Source: a virus (lineage: Duplodnaviria; Caudoviricetes). Taken from it: a stretch of DNA of 29,094 nucleotides. Positions 18,113-25,186 of the stretch are shown in pieces. Location of the stretch: positions 1-29,094 of the IMG/VR virus record IMGVR_UViG_3300010235_000002. One strand, written 5' to 3'. Both the position numbers and the translations under genes were made by a program. Positions within the stretch are counted from its first letter, which is position 1, and each line of letters begins with the position of its first letter. A model generated the notes under the pieces. The model was not told the DNA's origin, ran no database searches, and worked only from the letters and a program-made list of their open reading frames with translations.

Positions 18113-20382
18113 AATCTATATAAATTTATTTTAGATCTTTTTTTACCAAAAGCTTTATCATAATGTTGTTTAAATATATCTATTTCAGATTTTTTATCTG
18201 GATTTCTAAGATTAGTAGTTATTTTATTTATTTCTTCTGCAAAAATCATTAACATATTCATAGAACTTATTCTATCTGTATTTACCCGTTTATCAGAATT
18301 CGGAGGTGCATATAATAAACATTCTTTAATATACCCAACACTTCTTATTAAATCTACATTTCTTATACCTTCTTCCTTATTATAAGCTTGTTCTAACATC
18401 CAAGATATTTGTAAATCAATACCCCAACTATTAGTTCTTATATTAGAATGTATTCCTTTAGATTTATTACCTATCATACCAATAGAAGATATTAAACCAT
18501 TATCTTTTAATATTTCTGGAGTATCTGCTAATAAATGTAAAGAATTCATTTTTGTCATATATCCATAAAAACCTTTTTTCTGATTTTCATAACATATAAT
18601 TGCATTGTAATATAAAGCAGCTCTTCTAACTTGTTCATAAAATTCTTCTACTAATCTTGTACGTCCTGTATATTCAAATACTATTCTTCGTGTTATTGTG
18701 TTAAATACAAAAAAAGATTGTAAAGAGTTTTTATAATTATAATTACCATCATCATCTACTGGGTCAAATCCACCTATATAAGTATATAAAGGAACATCAC
18801 CATTAGCATTTTTAACTACTGGTTCAAACATTTCACCACATCCATTTATATTTTCATTTCCTCTAAATGGAAATTCTCTTATAGGTTCTACATCTTCTTG
18901 TTTATAATACACATTTCCTTTTTCATCTATTTCAAAAAATCCTTTTATTGAACTATCTAATAAATCTTTTCGTGTACTTAATATACTGTAAGTATGTCTT
19001 AATTCTGATATAGGAAATCTATTATTACCAGAACGTACAAACATCTCAGTATATATTAATGGATAATTTAACATCTCATAGTCTAAAGCTGATTTATTGA
19101 TTTTATCTTTTTTAAGCTTATTTCTTCTTTCTACATAATAATTATAAGCTTCTTCTTGTTTTGTATTTCCATTTTCATCTTTAAAATCATTATTAGTAAA
19201 ATAAGCTGGTACGAACCAACAAGTTTCGGTATTATCATCATTTGTAAAAGATAACATATCAAAACTATGTGGATCTTTAAATATAATCTCAGATTCTATT
19301 ATTTTATAAATATTTCCTGCTGTACCTATATATAAAGAACTTCCAAATTTAGTACTATCTACTAATTGAGCTGCTGTATTACTACCATGTATAGCTGTTA
19401 TATTTGGAGTTAATGCTACTTCTTCTATTACAATAGTTCCAGGTCTATTACCAGCAGCAACTTCTGGATTTTCCATAGTAAATACACCATGCAGTATCTT
19501 ACTTTTTGTACCATACAACTTCCAATCATTACCAATTTTTTTCTTATATTCATGTCTAAAAGGAGAATTAAGATTATTTGGTTTCAGTGATCCACTTGTA
19601 TGTTTATATAATGGAGAAGGTTTTATTTTTCCATCCGAATATATATATTGTCCTGGAAGATTTTCAAAAGCTAATTGTACTTTAGCTAATAACTCAGAAG
19701 ATTTACCAGCTAAACCACTACCTACAAATATTTCAGCAGATCCAGGATATTTTATAGTTTCATCAGTATATTCTCTAGCTCCATCAAATAAGAATTCATG
19801 TAATATTATAGCTACTGCAGTAAACCAAGATTTACCACCACCACGAGCACCTAATAACATTAAATTTTTAGCCTCATTCTTATATAATGGTTTTCCTTTA
19901 GGTCCTTCCCATAATTTACGTATATATTGTAATTGAGGAATATATTTTTTTAATTCTCCTTTACTATTAAAACAGCTTGCATCATATTTTCCTGTATGTA
20001 AATTAACATCTTCACAACATGTGTATTCATCATCTAACTCAAATCCAGAAAATCCTCTAGCACATATCCAGTTATATGCAAAAGCCCATTCAAAATCTCT
20101 TAAATCTGGACGTATCTTAATCTTAGGAGCAGTTTTAGGAAGATGTTTTGGTCTATGTAAGATCGTTCCTAGATTTGCATAAAAAAATAAATTACCTGTA
20201 CAATATCTATAATATTCTCCATCTTTAGCCCACATACCTTCTATGCATCTTTTTTTTATACTTTTCCAAAACTCAAGATAATCTAAAGATTCTGGATGAT
20301 ATGTAGGAAATTCTCCAATTAAAAAATTATTTCTATTTTTTATAACTGGAAATATACTTTCTATTTTTTCTGGATCTATCAT
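18109..20382 (-). CDS. terL: Terminase large subunit
   Basis: Walker A GARGGGKS, Walker B IVIEEV, coupling motif YIGTAG, nuclease motifs GFDPVDDD and NTDRISS. Confidence 0.92.
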   Translation of the reverse strand: MIDPEKIESIFPVIKNRNNFLIGEFPTYHPESLDYLEFWKSIKKRCIEGMWAKDGEYYRYCTGNLFFYANLGTILHRPKHLPKTAPKIKIRPDLRDFEWAFAYNWICARGFSGFELDDEYTCCEDVNLHTGKYDASCFNSKGELKKYIPQLQYIRKLWEGPKGKPLYKNEAKNLMLLGARGGGKSWFTAVAIILHEFLFDGAREYTDETIKYPGSAEIFVGSGLAGKSSELLAKVQLAFENLPGQYIYSDGKIKPSPLYKHTSGSLKPNNLNSPFRHEYKKKIGNDWKLYGTKSKILHGVFTMENPEVAAGNRPGTIVIEEVALTPNITAIHGSNTAAQLVDSTKFGSSLYIGTAGNIYKIIESEIIFKDPHSFDMLSFTNDDNTETCWFVPAYFTNNDFKDENGNTKQEEAYNYYVERRNKLKKDKINKSALDYEMLNYPLIYTEMFVRSGNNRFPISELRHTYSILSTRKDLLDSSIKGFFEIDEKGNVYYKQEDVEPIREFPFRGNENINGCGEMFEPVVKNANGDVPLYTYIGGFDPVDDDGNYNYKNSLQSFFVFNTITRRIVFEYTGRTRLVEEFYEQVRRAALYYNAIICYENQKKGFYGYMTKMNSLHLLADTPEILKDNGLISSIGMIGNKSKGIHSNIRTNSWGIDLQISWMLEQAYNKEEGIRNVDLIRSVGYIKECLLYAPPNSDKRVNTDRISSMNMLMIFAEEINKITTNLRNPDKKSEIDIFKQHYDKAFGKKRSKINLYRL

Positions 20383-20915
20383 ATTATTCCTTCTTCACTT
20401 ATAGATTCTAAACCACCTCCTTTATTCTTTGTTTCTATAACTCTTTCTTTTTCAGCAATTTCTATTAATTTATTATATTCTATATAAAGTTGATTAGTTT
20501 TTATTAATAATTCATCTAATAATTTTGCATTTTCTATAGTGTATTCATAACTTTGTAACAAAGATATTCTATCTTCTAATCTTTTTTTATATGTAGAAAT
20601 CATTAAATCTATTTCAGACATACAAAACTTTTTGTATACTGCTATAAGTTCTTGATAATCTTCTAATTTATATTCCTTCTTTAAGATATCTTCTTGTATT
20701 ACTTTTAACTTATCTTCATATATTAAATGTCTATATGGATTTTCAGAATGTAAATCTTCTAATGCTGCTATTGCCCACATTATTTTAGAACTTTTATTTT
20801 TATTTTTAGAAGTATCTGAATCATAGAACTTTTTAAAGTCTGTTATACTTAGTACGTTTGGGTTTACGTCCCAAAAGTTCTCTGTCATCATGAAACCACT
20901 TAGAATAGTCCTCAT
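20379..20915 (-). CDS. Conserved protein upstream of TerL, possible terminase small subunit
   Basis: Helical 178-aa protein coupled to terL by an ATGA overlap. Confidence 0.45.
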   Translation of the reverse strand: MRTILSGFMMTENFWDVNPNVLSITDFKKFYDSDTSKNKNKSSKIMWAIAALEDLHSENPYRHLIYEDKLKVIQEDILKKEYKLEDYQELIAVYKKFCMSEIDLMISTYKKRLEDRISLLQSYEYTIENAKLLDELLIKTNQLYIEYNKLIEIAEKERVIETKNKGGGLESISEEGII

Positions 20916-21144
20916 ATTTTTTAAAATAATTTTTTAGTTTTAATGAACTAACTGCAAATGTCCCCAAAGGAATTATCTTAATAGATAAAAAACTTCCATT
21001 ATATTTCTTAAATCCACATTTTATAGTATCACGTACAAATCTTAGTGTATAAATTATTATATCATTTACTTCACTTTCTTTAACATTATATTTATCTGCA
21101 ATTATTCTTATTTTTTCTTTATGGCTCGGTGTGTTCCACATCAT
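20833..21144 (-). CDS. HU/IHF-like DNA-binding protein
   Basis: IRIIADKYNVKESEVNDII...SIKIIPLGTFAV follows the HU/IHF helix and GxF strand pattern. Confidence 0.6.
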   Translation of the reverse strand: MMWNTPSHKEKIRIIADKYNVKESEVNDIIIYTLRFVRDTIKCGFKKYNGSFLSIKIIPLGTFAVSSLKLKNYFKKYEDYSKWFHDDRELLGRKPKRTKYNRL

Positions 21145-21421
21145 CTAATATATTTAATATTTCTTCTACTGAATTTTTATTATCATTTAATCCTAATATA
21201 AAGTTTTGTATCGGAAACCTTTCAATTACAGCTTTTTCTTTTATATTTTCTTTTTCTGATAATATAATATGCTGACATTGAATTAATAATACATTTATAT
21301 ATTCGGCATCCTTTACTGAAAGCTTATCACAAGAATTGTACAAAAGTACAATAGTATCTATAATATGTTCAAAAAATTTAAGATCTAACTGTATCATTGT
21401 TGAATATAAATTCAAAAACAA
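21119..21421 (-). CDS. Hypothetical protein (start possibly 21397)
   Basis: ORF overlapping both neighbours in the operon. Confidence 0.55.
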   Translation of the reverse strand: MFLNLYSTMIQLDLKFFEHIIDTIVLLYNSCDKLSVKDAEYINVLLIQCQHIILSEKENIKEKAVIERFPIQNFILGLNDNKNSVEEILNILDDVEHTEP

Positions 21422-21746
21422 CTAAAGGTTCTAACTTAAATCTATATTGTTTAGCTGGATTTTTATAATTTATAAGACCAGCTTTTCTTAGTATGTTAAT
21501 TTTATTATAAAATGAACTTTTTGATATATTTAATCTTTTACAAATATTTGTAACATTTTGACTAATATACTTCATTTTTTCTTCATCATCATCTGAAGGA
21601 CATTCATTATAATAATAAAGCATTTCAGCAAATACTTCTAAAGTTCTATTATCTAATTTTTTAAAAGGATTAAATACTCTTAATAATTCTAATAAATATC
21701 TAAAGTAATCTCTTGAATTACATTTAATTGTAAATTTAGCTGCCAT
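21378..21746 (-). CDS. Winged helix-turn-helix DNA-binding protein
   Basis: NICKRLNISKSSFYNKINILRKAGLI HTH signature. Confidence 0.7.
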   Translation of the reverse strand: MAAKFTIKCNSRDYFRYLLELLRVFNPFKKLDNRTLEVFAEMLYYYNECPSDDDEEKMKYISQNVTNICKRLNISKSSFYNKINILRKAGLINYKNPAKQYRFKLEPLVVFEFIFNNDTVRS

Positions 21747-22038
21747 ATTTTAGTTTTATAAATGATTGTTTAGTATAAGCGTATATAGTATTTTTATCTT
21801 TAACATTAACAACAGGCAATTCAACTAGACTTGCATAAGATACTATAACTTTATCACCTATATTTAAATCTTTAATATCAGGATCAACAGCTACAACAAT
21901 AATATCATGTAAATAATCAGATGTATTTGCAGTTTCTGGAATTATAATATTAGACTTTGTTTGTCTAATAGCTACTACAACATTCTGATCTCTAGGTATC
22001 CATTTTCCATTTAAAAGTTCTTCTTCATCTATTTTCAT
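21736..22038 (-). CDS. groES: GroES/Cpn10-like co-chaperonin
   Basis: IPRDQNVVV...TKSNIIIPETA (mobile loop)...VVAVDPD...LNIGDKVI in a 100-aa protein. Confidence 0.75.
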   Translation of the reverse strand: MKIDEEELLNGKWIPRDQNVVVAIRQTKSNIIIPETANTSDYLHDIIVVAVDPDIKDLNIGDKVIVSYASLVELPVVNVKDKNTIYAYTKQSFIKLKYGS

Positions 22039-22061
22039 AATTATTATATTTTTATGTTTTG

Positions 22062-22069
22062 CAAAGATA
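22062..22069 (-). promoter_or_regulatory. -7 promoter box TATCTTTG heading the late operon
   Basis: caaagata on + strand, about 24 bp upstream of the groES-like ATG. Confidence 0.65.
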
Positions 22070-22233
22070 CACTAATAATTTAAATTGTGTATATATTTTT
22101 TTATTTTTATATTTTTTCAAATAATTGTGTGAATATTGTAAAAATAAAGATATAAACTACTGTAAACCATAATAATATATTAGTTATACTCAATATGTGT
22201 GAATAAATAGAGCATAAATAGTGAATAAACTAC

Positions 22234-22264
22234 TTGCGTAATTCAAAAAAATTTCGTAGCTTTG
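22234..22264 (+). promoter_or_regulatory. Bacteroidota sigma-A-type promoter (-33 TTG, 20-bp spacer, -7 TAGCTTTG)
   Basis: Both elements present at canonical spacing. Confidence 0.7.
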
Positions 22265-22478
22265 CCGTACGGAGTATAGGGGAGCTTTTTTTTTTATTAT
22301 TATTATATATTATATATAAAGTAAATATATAATTCTTTCTTTGCTTCTTTCTTTCTTTTTCCCTGACTACACTCTAAAAATAATTTAACTTATTCTTAAC
22401 TGCTTGACTATCACAAATATATATATGCCGTAATTACATTTTAAAAGACTTGTTTTATAACTATTTGATTATTACTGC

Positions 22479-22565
22479 TATTACATTGTAGAATAAATCT
22501 ATACCGTTATTACATTGTAGAAGAACTCTATACCGTTATTACATTGTAGAATAAATCTATGCTGT
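22479..22565. repeat. Three tandem 29-bp direct repeats
   Basis: TATTACATTGTAGAAKAAMTCTATRCYGT at 22479, 22508 and 22537. Confidence 0.95.
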
Positions 22566-22692
22566 TGTAAACTTTTTTTAAATTTTTTTAAATTTTTTAA
22601 CCCTGTGACCTGAAGATAATCTTCTAAAATTTTTTTATTTTTTTTTGAACCTGTGATCTGGAGATACCCCCCCTGATAACCCCCGTGAAAAT

Positions 22693-22944
22693 ATGACAAA
22701 CCCTTTTAAATTTAAAGACATGAAAATTAAAGAACTGGAAGTATTCCAAACCTGCGATATAGAAATTATAGAGCAGGTAAAAAGGATCAGTGAATACCTA
22801 GCTGTATACATAGCTAAGGATATCAAGTCTAATGAAATTATTCCTATTACAATATGGGATAATAATTCAGCATTAACTCCTGGTAAATATTTGTTAGTTC
22901 CCTCAAGCACGGGAAAATCAGCAAGTGTTGTAAAGAGGGATTAA
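22693..22944 (+). CDS. Early hypothetical protein (start possibly 22720)
   Basis: First ORF of the plus-strand module; followed by a hairpin. Confidence 0.65.
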   Translation: MTNPFKFKDMKIKELEVFQTCDIEIIEQVKRISEYLAVYIAKDIKSNEIIPITIWDNNSALTPGKYLLVPSSTGKSASVVKRD

Positions 22945-22955
22945 GTTCCCTTTTT
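22932..22955 (+). terminator. Hairpin/terminator overlapping the stop codon
   Basis: aaagaggga-ttaagt-tcccttttt. Confidence 0.55.
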
Positions 22956-22979
22956 CAAAATCTCAAAAAGTTTAAAACC

Positions 22980-23150
22980 ATGAAAACAGAGATACAAAAG
23001 TTGGAGAGTCAGCTTATTTATCTAAAATTAGAAAAAGCTGAAACAATGAACGAGATTCTCAAGGAATATAATAAGGTTCTTGAGAAATACAATAAAGATA
23101 TTAAAGAGATCTATGATAGGATTGAGCTGTTAAAAAAACAGTCTCAATAA
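22980..23150 (+). CDS. 56-aa coiled-coil protein (not in ORF track)
   Basis: MKTEIQKLESQLIYLKLEKAETMNEILKEYNKVLEKYNKDIKEIYDRIELLKKQSQ; A-rich start context; terminator follows. Confidence 0.7.
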   Translation: MKTEIQKLESQLIYLKLEKAETMNEILKEYNKVLEKYNKDIKEIYDRIELLKKQSQ

Positions 23151-23165
23151 AGTATTAAAATACCT

Positions 23166-23194
23166 TGTAGGTTGGAGGTTAAACCTACATTTTT
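23166..23194 (+). terminator. Rho-independent terminator
   Basis: tgtaggtt-ggaggtta-aacctaca followed by ttttt. Confidence 0.7.
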
Positions 23195-23323
23195 AATCGC
23201 ACCATATAATAAGTAAAATTAAGAGATAAAAAGGCAAGCTATTTAACCCTTTAGCTACCTAATTATCACATACAGTGATATCTTAATATGGTTATATTGA
23301 ACATCATAGATATAGCTTTTTAC

Positions 23324-23462
23324 TTAGTGTAATTATAACACTAATTATTAAAGGAATTATTAAAAAACTTTGAAAACTATCAGTAGTAGTGAATAAAGTT
23401 TTGATTAGTAGTTAGTGTAATGATCACACTAAATATAATAGTTAGTGTAATGGTTACACTAA
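23324..23462. promoter_or_regulatory. Three 21-bp inverted-repeat sites TTAGTGT-N7-ACACTAA
   Basis: Exact arms at 23324-23344, 23412-23432 and 23442-23462; spacers aattata, aatgatc, aatggtt. Confidence 0.8.
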
Positions 23463-23578
23463 GTAGTACTTAAAGTATTACTTTAAATAAAACTTGTAAC
23501 TTATTGATTAAGTATTATTTATGAGGGTTATTTAAAGTATTACTTTAATTGAATTAATTAACTAATTGAATTAAAGAT

Positions 23579-23704
23579 ATGAAAAGAACTCAAATCTTAA
23601 GTAAGAATTTAATCAAATTCTTATTTAACCTTTTTATTTTTACTGCAGTTATGATGATAACTTCAGTAACTATAGCCGCACTTATCTACTTTATAACTAA
23701 ATAA
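23579..23704 (+). CDS. 41-aa single-pass membrane peptide (not in ORF track)
   Basis: MKRTQILSKNLIKFLFNLFIFTAVMMITSVTIAALIYFITK. Confidence 0.5.
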   Translation: MKRTQILSKNLIKFLFNLFIFTAVMMITSVTIAALIYFITK

Positions 23705-23771
23705 TTGTGAAGCTTACTTAAAGTACTACTTTAATTAAAGTTCATAATTATTTAATATTTAAGTGCATAAG

Positions 23772-24015
23772 TAAGCTTTGTAGAGGTGTTTAAATATCTA
23801 AGTGCTTGAATACCTGAATGTTCGAATAAGCCTTGTAGAGGTGTTTGAATGTTTAAGTATTCAAATAATAAACCTTGTAGAGATATTTAAATGTTTAAAT
23901 GCCTTAATATCTTAATGTTTGAATAAACTTTGTAGAGGTGTTTGAATATTTAAATACTCCAATAATAAACTTTATATGATTATTTAAGTATTCGAGTACC
24001 TAAATACTTAAATAA
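23772..24015. repeat. Hierarchical tandem repeat (15-bp head plus n x 8-bp subunits)
   Basis: Heads TAARCYTTGTAGAGR at 23772, 23827, 23869, 23924 and a degenerate one at 23966; periods 55/42/55/42. Confidence 0.9.
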
Positions 24016-24212
24016 AGTACTTGAAGTATTACTTTAATTAAATTAATTAATTAAATAAATAAATAAATAAATAAATTAATTGATTAATCTAATTATCCTA
24101 ATATTTTACTTGAAATATTACTTTAAATAAACCTCGTAACTCGCTGATAATCACCTATCACATATAATCTTAAATAAGTTTAGTATCATCAAAATTATCA
24201 AATAAGAATAAA

Positions 24213-24869
24213 ATGAAAAAGATAGAAGTAATCTTGAACAAGAAATTTTCAGTAACCTTATTAAATCCAAGACCTTTAAAAGAATGTCCAAAAGGTTATT
24301 GTAGATTAGGAATTTTTGAGCACAATTTAGGAAGTCTATATAATCCAAGTTGGTTAGTATTATATACGTATGGAAAAAACATAACTAGTAAAAATCTCAG
24401 GTATGAGATATACAGAGATGGTTGTTTTTGGCCATATTATGGAAAGCTAATATCAAATAAAGATTTTATTAAATATTTACATACAAGATATAATACTACA
24501 TCTATAAAAAATGTAGATTTAATAAATTTCCTCAACAAAATAAATCCAAATTACACGGAATATTTAGCAGAATCTGATTATAAAAGTATTAAATGTTTTG
24601 ATGATCTATTTAATATTTTAAATGACAGAGGAGCATTTGATCAAGAAATAATTTATTATGAAAATGCAATAAATTATTTAAGAGACAATGATCCATCGTT
24701 TGTAGACAGTCTAAATATAGCCAATGAATTTGGATATAAATTAACAGATTTAGATTCTGAAAAATTAGCAAGTTTACATGCTTCTAACAAAGCCAGAGAA
24801 GATTTTCTTGAGTTAGAAGATGAGATAAATAAACTTTTAAAAAACAAGAAATTTAGAAAACATCAATAA
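24213..24869 (+). CDS. Early hypothetical protein with a possible Ocr-like acidic C-terminal domain
   Basis: C-terminal half FDDLFNIL...EIIYYENAINYL...EDFLELEDEIN is acidic and helical; the N-terminal half is basic. Confidence 0.6.
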   Translation: MKKIEVILNKKFSVTLLNPRPLKECPKGYCRLGIFEHNLGSLYNPSWLVLYTYGKNITSKNLRYEIYRDGCFWPYYGKLISNKDFIKYLHTRYNTTSIKNVDLINFLNKINPNYTEYLAESDYKSIKCFDDLFNILNDRGAFDQEIIYYENAINYLRDNDPSFVDSLNIANEFGYKLTDLDSEKLASLHASNKAREDFLELEDEINKLLKNKKFRKHQ

Positions 24870-24880
24870 ATCTTAATAAA

Positions 24881-24973
24881 ATGAAAACAGAAAGCAAAGA
24901 AACACTATTTCTGATTTGTGTATTTTTTACACTAATCGCCTTATTGATCTTAGGCATCAATTTACTCATTTAA
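24881..24973 (+). CDS. 30-aa hydrophobic membrane peptide (not in ORF track)
   Basis: MKTESKETLFLICVFFTLIALLILGINLLI; taataaaATG start context, 11 bp after the previous stop. Confidence 0.6.
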   Translation: MKTESKETLFLICVFFTLIALLILGINLLI

Positions 24974-24978
24974 TATAA

Positions 24979-25121
24979 GTAAATTAGGAAGCAAATTCTT
25001 GAATCATTTTTATTCTCAGGTGCATATTTGGTAGGTGGTTAATGTGTCATGTCTTATTTAGATTTCAAGATTCAAGAAGAACTCTACTGTACGGGAGTAT
25101 CGTAGAGGCTTTCTAATTTAC
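24979..25121 (+). ncRNA. Candidate structured RNA, three-way junction
   Basis: P1 24979-24992/25108-25121 (14 bp, one G-U); P2 24996-25005/25069-25078 (10 bp, perfect); P3 25082-25107 with a GGGA tetraloop. Confidence 0.55.
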
Positions 25122-25186
25122 ATAAAATAAATAAAACAAAAATAAAATCGTACAAACCTTATAATAAACCTTTAAAACAAACAGTT

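Larger units (their letters stand above)
23471..24125. repeat. Five dispersed 15-bp palindromes TAAAGTA-N-TACTTTA
   Basis: Perfect arms at 23471, 23533 and 23719; 1 mismatch at 24022; 2 mismatches at 24111. Confidence 0.85.

Noticed and set aside
22479-22565. CRISPR repeats (29 bp)
   Set aside because: Copies are contiguous with no spacers.
22499-22910. Two - strand ORFs (66 and 91 aa)
   Set aside because: They overlap repeats and homopolymer tracts or lie antisense to a better-supported + strand gene.
23264-23280. TATCAC-N5-GTGATA 17-bp dyad resembling a lambda-type operator
   Set aside because: Single copy, AT-rich, and no CI-like repressor in the window; could be chance.
23210-23326. 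Possible structured RNA closed by taagtaaaa/ttttactta
   Set aside because: Helices are short, almost all A-T and mutually competing.
23772-24015. CRISPR or mini-CRISPR array
   Set aside because: The intervening sequences are themselves octamer repeats rather than unique spacers, periods alternate 55/42, and no cas gene is present.
24151-24348. 65-aa - strand ORF
   Set aside because: Antisense to the 24213-24869 gene.
22039-25186. tRNA genes or a hammerhead ribozyme in intergenic DNA
   Set aside because: No cloverleaf with T-loop/D-loop consensus and no CUGAnGA/GAAA core was found by eye.
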